From assembly GCF_031769215.1 (NCBI RefSeq), contig NW_026781863.1, positions 310,001 to 374,000 of the forward strand: DNA of 64,000 bases. Direction: 5' to 3'. A model generated the notes under the pieces. The model was not told the origin of the DNA and ran no database searches. It worked only from the letters and a program-made list of their open reading frames with translations. Positions 25,901-38,789 of this stretch are shown here, piece by piece; the first letter of the stretch is position 1; each line of letters starts with the position of its first letter. The translations under genes were made by a program, and so were the position numbers. Source of the DNA: Ylistrum balloti (taxonomy: Eukaryota).

Positions 25901-28900
25901 TATCGAGAAGGTAAGATTCAATAAGACCCTACATTGTTAAAGTGAACCTTATGATAAAGACAAAGTTTTTTTTATTTTAGAAATTTCTTGTACGCTAGTA
26001 GTGTCATCAACAAGACAATGTCTTATAAATGAATCAGATAATTGTTCACTTAAACGCTTGTAATATTTATCATATATCTGATTAAATTCAAGCGTCAACA
26101 AGGCCTGTTGGATTGGTATGAAGTTTAATGACACTGTTCAGTGCAACTATACCAATGATTGGAATCAATGGCAGTACAGTGGATGGAGTAGATGGGCTGA
26201 TGGCACCTGGGAGCCCAACTATTGCCCCAAACAGAAGTGTGTCAAACTGAAAAATAACGAAATGTACACAGCGTATTGTTATAAGCAATTACAAGCTATA
26301 TGTGAGATAGGTAAGTTGTGGTTTAAAACATTGAACTTCTTTAAGTTTGTATTCTTTACCAATATGAACGATAACCGGATATTTGAGATGCCAAATAAGC
26401 GCAGTTCATAAATATTAATTGTAATCAGTTTCAGTTGTAAAAGTAGTGATAAACGACTGATGTTTGTGTGATTGTCTCATAAATCAATACTTAATATTGA
26501 CCAAACCACTAACAACAACTACTGGATTCTTTTCGGAGCCATTCGTAACCCCATCGGCTTATCTATTGTTTTATATGCGTACGTTATCAGTCCTCGCCTA
26601 CACTGAAGTCATTTCAAACTATATTCCATAGAAATACTGTTAACACAATCCATACTGTTTCAGGGGAGAAAACTCTTGTTGAAAATCAATTAATGTTTCT
26701 CAACATCAGACTGTGTTATTCCTCAGTGTTTCATAGAGTGTTACGTACGGTGGCTTATACCTGCCATTTTGTCTTTTCGCTTTGTTGTCCGAGAAAAGAC
26801 GGTGGGCGAAAAATGAAATAATGAAAAGACAAAACCCACGCGAAAAGTAAGAGAAAAAACACACAACAAACATCAAACTATGACAATCAAACAAGTTATT
26901 GTTTCCTCTGTTTGGCGTCTTTTCTTTGGTGTCCGTTTTTGTTGCATGCAGGTACTAAGGGTGCCACTCTTTCCATAATGACAAACATAAATATATCATT
27001 TGAATGTAGAATGCGGATATCTGTTCTAGGGTAATTCTGATTGAGCTATATCACTAAATACTGATTTCGAGAAATATATTTAATATCCTTATAAATTTAC
27101 TTTCGACATTTAAACCTTGTTATCTTCTCCGGGTGATGATAAGAAACATGAATAATTCAGGCGTTTATTAAAAGAAATAATCCACCGTCCAGTCGTTTGT
27201 TTGGCAACTTTTCTCAAATGAAATTACAATCCCCAATTTAAATATGTAAATGAGGTGACTCTAATCAAGTTAGTTTTCAACTTTTTCTTCATACACATTT
27301 TTATGTAATTCATATATGTAAACTGTTATAGGGCACAACGTTTTCTAACTTATATTTCTTATTTTAATATTAACAAAGTTGGATAAAAACATTCTGATAG
27401 GTGAAAAAGTAATTGTTAAAAAAAACCTATATCCTTATATACTACTTCCAATCTTAAAAGACATGGCAATATCAATACAATCAGGCAAAAGATTGATGTT
27501 GTGAATTCAACTTCCGACACTGGCATCTCTGCCATTGAACCTTTGACGCAGTTCACTCCAACAACCGAAGAAGAATTGCGCAAGATCATTACAAACTCTC
27601 AATCGAAATCCTGTGAGCTGGACCCGCTTCCCACAGTTTTACTGAAGCAATGTCTTGATGCACTGCTTCCCTTGATCACCTTTAATCATGAACAAATCAT
27701 TAGCAGAGTCTAGGGTTCCATTGTGTTTCAAGACGGCTAATGTAAGACTACTGCTGAAGAAGCCTGGACTGAACAAGGAAGAATTAAAGAACTACCTTCC
27801 GGTGTCAAATCTCCCTTTCTTATTTAAGATCTTGGAGAAGATCGTGTCCCAGTGACTTGAGGCTCATCTCCATGCTAACAGTCTTCATGACAACTTGCAA
27901 TCAGCCTATCGCACAGGACATTCCACTGAGACGGACCTACTTCGTGTCTACAGTGATATTGCTGCCGCTCTGGATAACAAGTGTAGAGCGGTTCTTATCA
28001 TGCTTGATCTGTCTGCTGCATTTGATGTCATTGACCATGGCACACTGTTCAAGCGTCTGGAGTACTCTTATGGGGTGACTGGTGATGCATTACGCTGGAC
28101 CCAGTCTTACTTGAATGAACGACGACAGTGCGTTGCCATTGGATCAACTGCTTCAGACAGCAAAACCTTAGACATCGGAGTTCCTCAGGGGTCCGTTCTG
28201 GGACCTAGAAAATACTGTCTTTATTCGAAACCAATCGGGGAGATTTGTCGTCGTCATAACATTCAGTACCATTGTTATGCCGACGACACACAAATCTACA
28301 TGGTTATCAGACCTCAAGACATCTGGGACATAATAGTAGCAAGTCTTGAAGCCTGTCTAAATGACATCAGTGCTTGGATGAACTCAAATATGCTCAAGCT
28401 CAATCAGGAAAAGACAGAACTGATCGTCTTTTCCCACAAGTGTCAACACACTAAAGGTCTCCAGTTAAAGGTCGGTGCCCAAACTATTGAGCCGTCCAAG
28501 CTGTGAGAAACCTTGGTGTACACTTTGATAGCTTTCTGAACATGGAGAGACAGATAAACTCAATTGCCAATTCCTGTTATCACCAAATCAGAAACATTGG
28601 GTGTATCCGTCAGTTCATCATCACAGATGCATGCAAGACATTGGTACATTCTCTTGTTAATTCTAGGTTAGACTTTGGTAACGCGTTACTCTTTGGTGTA
28701 TCTGATACACTAATGAGCCGCCTGCAGAGGGTACAGAACACCGCAGCACGCCTAGTTACGCGTACTCGAAAGAGGGACCACATTACACCAGTCCTTTACT
28801 TATTGCATTAGCTGCCCGTGCGATTCCGGTCACAGTACAAGATTTTGATGTATACATACAAGGCAATAAATGGAACAGCTCCTGAATATTTGCAGGAACT

Positions 28901-31900
28901 TGTCACCGTTTATCGGCCGTCACGATCACTACGATCGGAGACAGAATCCTTATTGTGCGTTCCGAACTCTCGGACTGTGACTTATGGTAACCGGTGCTTT
29001 GGAAAGGTAGCGGTCACTTTGTGGAACAGCTTACCATCTGCTACTAGAAAGTCAAAATCCCTGGCCAAATTCAAGAGGGATATTAAAACCCACCTGTTTA
29101 CGTCTGCATTTTAGACTCTCACGCAGACGTCCTGTACATACATACTATCACCACTACTTACTTGATTTGGTTACTGTGTTATATATGTTGATTACTGTGT
29201 TATACATGTTCTATAAATTTTGTAGTAAGATTATTACGTAATTGTGAAGCGCATTAGAGTATTTTTTTCAAAATAGATAGTGCGCTATAAAGATGTTGTA
29301 TATTATTATTATTATTATTAATATATCTGGCGAAATTCATACGCAAATAATGTTCCGCCTGATTTAACATTTCAATGTAGTAAATTAACTTTTTCAATGT
29401 GTTTGCCAGCGAGACAATTTCCCTTCACGGATCTTGTACTTAGTCCACAAGAAATGTCTAGGGATGACTCAGAAAACTTCTGTCAGAATCAAAATGGCCG
29501 ACTTATTGTACTGGACAGTCAGGAAAAATGGGACTACTTCACCGCTCACGAGGATTACATCAAAAACGATATGTAAGAATCATACACATATTTATACGTA
29601 AAAATCCTACACATATTTATATGTAAAAATCCTATACATATTGATACGTAAAAATCCTACACACATTTATACGTAAAAATCCTACACATATTTATATGTA
29701 AAAATCCTACATATCTTTATTTGTAGGAGTCCTACACATATTTGTATGTAAAAATCCTACACATTTATTTGTAAGAGTCCTACACATAGTGATATGTGAT
29801 GATAATCATTTAACAAGTAAACTTGTTATTGGCCTGTCATACTCTTAACGTATATTGCAATATGATTTATGTTATGCTATATCATTATAATTTGTGTTAA
29901 CACTTTTAACGTGCAACGTATGATTGAATTTTAGGAACTATGAACACTTAGCATACGAGTGTGTATATTGAACTGATACAATAATGGTATGATAACCGGA
30001 GTGAAATATCTTGTCATTTCTAGACATCTGGGGGCGTACTGGATTGGTATGAAGTTTGCTGACACTGTTCAGTGTAACACAACCGAAACGCATACGCCAT
30101 GGATCTACGATGGGTGGGGAAAATGGCGTGACAAGTACTCGGAGCCTAACAAATGTCCATTTGATCGATGTGTTTTATTGAAGACCAATTCGATGCAGAC
30201 AAGGCCGTGTAATCATTTGCATATAGCCCTATGTGGTAATTATTCTGCACTCCTAACCCACACACTCCTCGAGGTCATGTTCATGTACTATTCTTATAAG
30301 CAGTGTCAAGGTTTAGATGATACACATATACTTACCATACCTTAACCTTTGTTCTGACCAATATGGATATTTTGTTATCGTCTCCTAGATTTTAAATACG
30401 CCTTTAGCATGACTTACGCGTCCTGGGAAGCTGTTTAATCTATACGGTACTGTTAAATTCGTTATTTGTATTTAATTCATAATTCTTATTAAATGTTGCT
30501 GATCACTTGTGTGTGTTTTGCACAATCCTTGTTACAGATCGACTACGCTTTAACATTTATCCGTACTCTGATTACATTTCCTATTTTAATATCTACTGTT
30601 TTAAGATTACTAGATTAACTACATTTTCTGTTAACGGATTGATTTTAATTTCGATTCACTTTTTTTCGAAATGTTGTTGGTGTTGTTTATATGTTGAAGA
30701 AGTACTATTTACTCTAGTATGACCTCACTAAAATCCGTTTAAAACGACTCGTAAATTTTCATGTAAACAGGAGACAGAAAGACGCTGTTGATTACAAAAA
30801 TAAAGTTTCCTTGGTGTCCTGTTTAAGGCCCTGTGATAACATTGATTTAATTGAGTCATACAGATATACCATATGCAATAGCAAAATTTGACAGATATGA
30901 AATAAAATTTCCACTTTACTTGTGCTGTAAATGTTAGTTACTTTTACTTATAATGTAAATGTCATTTATCAATGCTGTAAATGTCATTTATTAATGCTGT
31001 AAATGTCATTTATTTATGCTATAAATGTCATTTATTTATGCTATAAATGTCATTTATTTCTGCTGTAAATGTCATTTATTTCTGCTGTAAATGTCATTTA
31101 TTTATGCTGTAAGTGTCATTTATTTATGCTGTAAATGTCATTTATTAATGCTGTAAATGTCATTTATTAATGCTGTAAATGTCATTTATTAATGCTGTAA
31201 ATGTCATTTACTTATGCTGTAAATGTCATTTATTAATGCTGTAAATGTCATTTATTAATGCTGTAAATGTCATTTACTTATGCTGTAAATGTCATTTACT
31301 TATGCTGTAAATGTCATTTATCAATGCTGTAAATGTCATTTACTTATGCTGTAAATGTCATTTATTAATGCTGTAAATGTCATTTATTTATGCTGTAAAT
31401 GTCATTTATTAATGCTGTAAATGTCATTTATTTATGCTATAAATGTCATTTATTTATGCTATAAATGTCATTTACTTATGCTGTAAATGTCATTTATTAA
31501 TGCTGTAAATGTCATTTATTAATGCTGTAAATGTCATTTATTTATGCTATAAATGTCATTTACTTATGCTGTAAATGTCATTTACTTATGCTGTAAATGT
31601 CATTTACTTATGCTGTAAATGTCATTTACTTATGCTGTAAATGTCATTTATTAATGCTGTAAATGTCATTTACTTATGCTGTAAATGTCATTTATTTATG
31701 CTGTAAATGTCATTTATCAATGCTGTAAATGTCATTTACTTATGCTGTAAATGTCATTTACTTATGCTGTAAATGTCATTTATTAATGCTGTAAATGTCA
31801 TTTATTAATGCTGTAAATGTCATTTATTAATGCTGTAAATGTCATTTATCAATGCTGTAAATGTCATTTATTAATGCTGTAAATGTCATTTATTTATGCT

Positions 31901-34900
31901 GTAAATGTCATTTATTAATGCTGTAAATGTCATTTATTAATGCTGTAAATGTCATTTATTAATGCTGTAAATGTCATTTACTTATGCTGTAAATGTCATT
32001 TATTTATGCTGTAAATGTCATTTATTAATGCTGTAAATGTCATTTATCAATGCTGTAAATGTCATTTATTTATGCTGTAAATGTCATTTATTTATGCTGT
32101 AAATGTCATTTATTAATGCTGTAAATGTCATTTATTAATGCTGTAAATGTATTATTTATGCTGTAAATGTCATTTATCAATGCTGTAAATGTCATTTATG
32201 CTGTAAATGTCATTTATTTATGCTGTAAATGTCATTTATTAATGCTGTAAATGTCATTTATTAATGCTGTAAATGTCATTTATCAATGCTGTAAATGTCA
32301 TTTACTTATGCTGTAAATGTCATTTACTTATGCTGTAAATGTCATTTATTAATGCTCTAAGTGTCATTTATTTATGCTGTAAATGTCGTAAATGTCATTT
32401 ATTAATGCTGTAAATGCTGTAAATGTCATTTATTTATGCTGTAAATGTCATTTATTTATGCTGTAAATGTCATTTATTAATGCTGTAAATGTCATTTATT
32501 AATGCTGTAAATGTCATTTATTTATGCTGTAAATGTCATTTATCAATGCTGTAAATGTCATTTATCAATGCTGTAAATGTCATTTATTTATGCTGTAAAT
32601 GTCATTTATTTATGCTGTAAATGTCATTTATTTATGCTGTAAATGTCATTTACTTATGCAAAAAAATATAATTTTCTTTTTTTATTCTGTAAATGTCATT
32701 TACTTATAGTAAATGTATATGATTTTGTGGTAATCTTATTTAGCGCTAATTTTCACTTCTGAATATTGTTTAAATACAATAATTATGAATGGTGCGTGAA
32801 TTAATCGTTTTCCTATTTTGATACTCGGTAAATTCTGATTGCACGAAATTATGTACATTAACAGTATCAAATATTTCCATAGATACTGAACACATTCTGT
32901 GTTCAACCTGTCACCTAGTAGGCACTCTATATAATGATAAAACACCACGGTCTCCTTTACAGAATTGGCTGAATATATCACCTAGTCCACATCAATTTAA
33001 AAAAGTAGTTCTTCGAGAAAGATCGGAAAATAACAGCATGTTCATGTTTTTTTTCTCTCTAATTTTTCGTTTTTTTAGCGTTAATGGAAGTCAAATTCAA
33101 AGCTCTGGGTTTTACTGTCTGAAAAGGTACACGCACTAGAACATTTGCATGGCATTTGACTGTACGTAATGTTAATCATGTTCAAGTGATCTGCTCTTTT
33201 CTAAGAACATACTTAATTAATTCAAAAGTATATGAGCCAGTACAAAATGGATGTTTACTGGCACCATGAGCACGAGGCAAACCTTGTGACTAAGTCATGT
33301 TAGGATAGCATATGTATAATCGTTTTTAAACAATGATATGGTTTTATAAATCATTATCAAAGGAAAAGACAAGATAAGAGGAAGACAAAGATAGTTATCG
33401 ACCACAAACACATAGTTTATACATTTTTACGATTTCCTCGTAGCTTCTCCTGATTACAGTGCTTAGGTGCAATAGCCCCTAGTATTGTGGTTTTGTATTC
33501 CCATGCTGTATACAGATAATTAATTTTAGTTATTACGAATATTTTAAATTTGAAAAAAAATGTGAAAATGTACACATTATCAGCATATACAGAAAATTAT
33601 AAACATGATTAATCCGTAGCATATATACCAAGAACAGATGGATACCGAAAGACAAAATGCACTATTACGTTCCACATCAGAACGTGTTCCGAAGAAAGTA
33701 TTCCTGTTTTGAAGGTGGAGTCTATCGTAACGGGTTTTTCTTAGTTCGGGAAAAAAAGCAGTAAACATGAACATTTTGGAGTGCATATTTTTTAGCATGC
33801 CATGAGAAGTGAACTCTTTTATAACTTAAACAATAAGTAAATTGACAGCTTTGGGGAACAAGTCACAACAACACTGTTTTTTACTTACATCCTTTCTTGA
33901 GAATTTTACATAACAACGTCTAAGAGAGATTCTTTTAAATCTAAAACGCTAGAAAATACGTCAAAACGATCCTTATATTTAGAAACTTTATTGCTTATTT
34001 CGATTTTTGTATAACACAAAACTAAGAAAAGAATGAATATCTCTAAAATACTTTGATTTGCGATAAAATCAAAATGACTTTAAAACGATCCCGTGGAAGC
34101 CACATGAAGACAAATAAATGTTCAGTATTATATTGCAAATGCCTTCGCGATGATTTGTAATTCGCCGTCGGATGAATATCAGAGGCGTTTTTTTCTGAAA
34201 TGTGAATTTTTTCAGTTTAATTTCAAGGCTTTTTCTTCTTGTTAATACCAATATAATAATTATTGGTACAAAAATTAATGGTCCAGATCGACAATGATCA
34301 CGGAAGAAATAAGTTATCATTAGAAAATGGTTACATGTATTCCCTTTCCTGGCAAATCAAGCGTCTATGAGACTAACATAAGCGATCTATAAAATTATAA
34401 TCCTACCTCAATATATATGATATATATTTATTTGATGAGCGGTAATTTCTTTTGTTTTATTTTTTTCTCGACTCCAGATTTTAAGAGCGGTATTTCCCGA
34501 AGAATAACTATTCAAATTGGTGTGGGCCTAGTATTAGAAATTCATATGATAAAACAATACACTCTCCTTTACAGAGTTGGTTCAATCGACGACGGAATTA
34601 TCTACAACTCATAGTCAATCAACAACTGAAGTGTCTTTTACTGTACCAAGTACTCCAACATCCACACCGCATGGAACTGGTGACAACTCTGTGGTGTCGT
34701 CTACAACTCTCAAGTCACAAGAAACTAATACGACGGCACCTGCTTCGACAACTTCATCAACATCTAGCGCAGAAAACATGACGTCATCTATTCCAGTAAC
34801 CACGACTGACGCAGAAACTATGACGTCATCTATTCTAGTAACTCCATCCACGACTGGCACAGAAAAGACGACGAAACCTATTTCAACAACACCTGCAACA

Positions 34901-35239
34901 ACAGTGTTGCCGGTTTCCACTGAAGCCGTAAATGACTCGTGTAGACAATGTTGTTTCGTGGTAAACAAGACAAGGGCACTGAATAACCAGGAAAAAGAGG
35001 TGATACGACACGAGTTACGGGTTCAGTTAGCTGTAAATAAAACCATCCTTTCTTCTTATATTCGTAAACTCACCAGTGTGTATGACTCCCGGCCCAGCAG
35101 TGTAGCTATTGGAGGCGTGGCTTGTGTATTCCTCGCGGCGGTTGTCGGGGTGATCATTATTCCGGACTGCGTCACTCTTTTCAGATTTCTCTACAGATAT
35201 GTAGGATCAGATCAAGTTATTTCTGGTATCAATCAGTAA
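19955..35239 (+). CDS. Lectin gene A: type-I membrane C-type lectin with two CTLDs, mucin-like stalk and TM (488 aa)
   Basis: Exons 19955-20000 (signal [15 protein letters not shown]), 25510-25672, 26093-26310, 29410-29572, 30024-30235, 34575-35239. All GT/AG, phases 1-2-1-2-1, total 1467 nt with no internal stop. WIGM and EPN motifs in both CTLDs; [22 protein letters not shown]. Confidence 0.88.
22883..24760. repeat. 51/52-bp minisatellite, about 36 copies, with ~757-bp higher-order repeat (intron 1 of gene A)
   Basis: Unit cactcggtaaacagtgagtactcgg(aac/tagt)agtgagcactccgtcttagggaa; ORFs 23205..23456 and 23962..24213 are identical, 757 bp apart. Confidence 0.97.
27470..29322 (+). mobile_element. 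5'-truncated L2/CR1-group LINE in intron 3 of gene A, disabled
   Basis: RT motifs [48 protein letters not shown]; frameshifts (~27685, ~28495) and stops (27852, 28809); (TAT)n tail at ~29303-29322. Confidence 0.95.
29584..29789. repeat. ~25-bp minisatellite, about 8 copies (intron 4 of gene A)
   Basis: Unit acacatatttatacgtaaaaatcct. Confidence 0.9.
30954..32659. repeat. 22-bp AT-rich minisatellite, about 77 copies (intron 5 of gene A)
   Basis: Unit tgctgtaaatgtcattta + ttaa/ttta/ctta/tcaa variants. Confidence 0.98.
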
Positions 35240-35949
35240 TCAACGTGATTGATTTCCTTTTGAAATGACTTCGGGTTCTTATTAATTAATATAGATTTAG
35301 TTCTATGGAATGCGATTGAAAATTTTCTTAACAGGAATACCACTAATAAACCTGGAAGGGTTTATCAATATTACAGCAAATAAGAATAAACTTATTTCGT
35401 AACAAAGAGATAAAATATCATAATATCAACATAAAAAATAGAAAAGGAATAATAGATAAATTAAAGTAGATAATGTATATGTTTTCCGGATATTTAATAA
35501 GGTATACCTTATATTATACTTGTTGATATGCTAAAGTTACAAAAAAAGTATGTTTTTCTTTACTTCAGTTGTATTCCAGTGCAAAAAACTTTCTGTGCTA
35601 ACTTTACTTGATATAGATAATCTTATAAAGACCTAAATCTCCGTAAAATCTTACTTCGTCTTAAACATCGACTTACTATGCAATAGGTCGTATAGGCAAT
35701 AAACCAGCATTTTTTCGCACGAAGTTTTCAAAGTTCTAAATATAATATTGTATCGCAATTTTTCTGTTAGGATAGCAAAATATTGGAGACATGAGCACGA
35801 AAGATGGATAAACACAAATCACTCTGTCTCTGATAACATATTTTGAGAAAGATAAAACTCACGAGCTTTATCGTAAAAAATAGTTTGATGAACCCCGATA
35901 TCTCATGGTCCTTTTTATTGTATTTAAAGTATAAGATGCACATTTCACA

Positions 35950-36790
35950 CTGTGAAAACATGACACCTTCAAAAACATCATGTCTGACAATACACCTCCA
36001 ACATCTGGTCCCCTCAAGGAGGTTGTCCGATTTAAGGGTCATGACAAATGTTTCAGCCACAAGCTGAAGGATGTAGGTTTTGCATCTAACATTAAATATG
36101 ACGTCCATGTGACGGAAAACATCTGATGATAACAAGACTTCTATCCATCCTCAGCCTCCTTATAAACTACTTGACCAGAAACTGTGTCAGTATGTCCAAC
36201 AATACAAGGTTATATGTGGAGAATGAAAAAAATCCTATAGAATGCGATTCTGTGGCACCGCAAAGGTAAAATCATATAAATGGTAGTATTTAAGAGGCGT
36301 GTCCAAGATATGTGAATGTCCCCAGCCAGTGATATCTAGTTATGAAATGAAGACATCAACATCAGTGCAACGAAATACGAAACACCTGACTGTCGCACAT
36401 TTAAAGCAAACTACACCGCGGCCTGGCTGTGTATGAGTTCACTGGGCAGACTGACGGTTACACAGACACCGGGTCTGTAGTGTGCAACACCACTAATGAG
36501 GAGGAACATAGTGATGCCACTGAAAGTGTCGCTGTTTTCAGATACTGAGAAACATAGCACTGGCATATGATAAAGGCTTAAGAGACGAATGAGTATCTAC
36601 GTGTATAAGAAAACATTCAACAGACCTGATCCTTCATCGTCATATTGTATTGTTATCAATGGAAGTTCACGTCACTTTAGTCTACGATTTTATTGAATAT
36701 TCGATGATAAATGACACAATAGAGTTGATAAGCGGATTATGCCAGTTTATAATAAACTCTTAACAATGCTGCGGACTTTGCAACAGCTCA
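35950..36790 (+). pseudogene. Heavily decayed TRIM-like/beta-propeller paralog relic (unit 1)
   Basis: Fragmentary translations in correct order versus the 12721 gene: ETVSVCPTIQGYMW vs LGSICPTSEGHAL; GLAVYEFTG vs MLAIYTSAG; PLKVS vs PMKLA; NDTIELISGLCQFI vs RNTIELISGCGQYI; many stops and frameshifts. Confidence 0.7.
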
Positions 36791-37872
36791 AATACATACG
36801 AGTAAAATATCACATTTTCATAATTACAAAAGAGCGTGTACTTTGGTGTAGTGACTATCAAATCAGTGGTTGAGGTTAACATTACATAAGATAATATTCG
36901 AAATTCAACTAGATATACCAACAGTTCAACATATTCATAATCTGAAACTTGATAAACCTAGGGCAAAATATAAACAAAGGAAAGATTTTGAGAAAAAATT
37001 CAGGTAAAATACGTTATTGGTCTAAGTAATTAATGTAGCAACTCACTTTCCCAACTCTGTTCATAAGAGCATCTGATCAAAAGGGAAAAGGAAACTTGGA
37101 TTCCGTTTCTTTCATAACAAAAATAACGAAAAGTGAATACGAAGACACAGAAAACATTAAAGATTGAATCTTGCTGATGTCGATTTCATGGGATGATGAA
37201 TTGAGTCGGCCTCGAGACAAATTTAATGAACTGCGAAGTTGGGGAGTTTTCTCCCCTTACGTAATATTTGTATTCATACGCACTAGCAATGTTAATCTGG
37301 TCAAATTCATCGGTAAATGAAACAGATCACATTTAGTAGTTTCATTGAGTCTGATTTGGGAAGTGAAATATTACATATTGAATCTTCAAGGGTTTTCACA
37401 TCAGTTGTTGTTTTGTTATTTTTTATATCGAAATATTATAGTCGTTGAACTCTCAATGAACAAATGAGACACCAACCAGAAGACGAACGTTGGACAGTTA
37501 CAATTAGATGACGGAGGCTGATAAAATTGCTGTAAGATTTGAACGGAAGCACAATTATATAAAGCGTTGCTGATTTTTTAGCTGAAATATTTTCAGAATG
37601 AACCATTTTAAAAGGTGCCATTGACTTGTATGTCTTTTGAGCAATCTTTGATATTTCAATGGACCAAATAGGACATCAGTCTGTTTGTGGTCAAAGTTAA
37701 AAGTTATGCCACTTAATAACGTCACTTAATTTCGTAAATAGTGTTTTCCTTTACTTATCAGTATAAGAGAACTATGTGATAAAGACAAGAAGAACATATG
37801 AATATTGTAATCCCAAACTCCAAAGCGGGGAGTCAAGGACTCGTTTAGAATAGAAAAGAATATTAGTGTCAA

Positions 37873-38105
37873 AGTCTAGCTCTGCAATCAACAAACTATA
37901 TATGGGAAAAACAGCAACCTGTCGCAGAATTCTAAGTAGGTCGCAAGATTTGGTGAATGCATAGCAGAATCCAAAGGTGAAATCATTTTCGGTAATAGAG
38001 AAATGTTGACGTCAGTTGAGACCATGCTACACAAGACAAAAAAAGGCCCAGAAAAGAAATTGGTGACCCAATGAAGATAACTAAAAACCCTGTTACCATT
38101 AACAG
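37873..38105 (+). pseudogene. Second, less diverged TRIM-like gene fragment (unit 1)
   Basis: Direct nucleotide similarity to ~13595-13836: cctgtcgcagaattctaagtaggtcgcaagatttgg vs cctgtcgcaaaattcaaagtaggtcgcgagatttgg; roughly three-quarters identical by eye; in-frame stops. Confidence 0.85.
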
Positions 38106-38789
38106 CCGGTAAATCTAATTCATCCAGCATCGCAGTTCCGGCACGAGTAGTGACCGATATAATATATGAAAAATATATTTTTAAAAAAATAGGCGAACAA
38201 TGAGTGAAATTGTGTCATATTGGTATCTAAGATTTGCTTGTGGTGCTAGGCTCAGATACCTATTGAATACTGAAGAAGATTGATATTGGCCGAACTAAAT
38301 GTTGATAGAAAATTCAGACTGTTAGCATCACTGACGAGTCTTGCAGGGAAGAAAAAAAACATTCAGGTAAATCCCATGTATGACTTTACTGTATTTAAAA
38401 CCAAATTTGAATTAAAGGGTATATGCACTAAAGATATATGTCTTTAGTACAATCTTCGAGGCTGCAGGTGGTAGATATCGCTGGTGGGCTTTCCCCCTCC
38501 GCTTTGCTGTTGCGTGACCTGCATGCCAGGTTTAATTCATTTAGATAGCGGCACAGGTCAGAATATACACATCAAATTGACTTTGTTCTAAACTTATCAG
38601 ATATGATAACTTCTCGTTGTTAATATTCTTATCTACACATCCACACTTATGGATGTTAAATATAACTGGAGGTTGGCGAAGCAAAAATAAAATTTGAACA
38701 GTTTCATTTAACCAATAACAACACCCTTAAATTAGAGCAAAGCATAAGGTTAACGTCGACCAGAATTAAAACTTTTTTATCTTTTAAAA

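Noticed and set aside
26745-26975. Possible degenerate MITE with cgaaaa-rich interior
   Set aside because: Terminal inverted repeats too decayed to define
30954-32659. Constant repeat with variable slot, resembling CRISPR or an information-bearing code
   Set aside because: Variable part is only about 4 nt drawn from few variants, as expected from ordinary minisatellite turnover
34615-34968. Val-rich antisense ORF (also 45506, 56407)
   Set aside because: Antisense reading of Thr/Ser codons of the stalk exon
35190-35215. ITIM in the cytoplasmic tail (FLYRYV)
   Set aside because: Position -2 is Phe, outside the I/V/L/S consensus; kept only as a Yxx-hydrophobic motif
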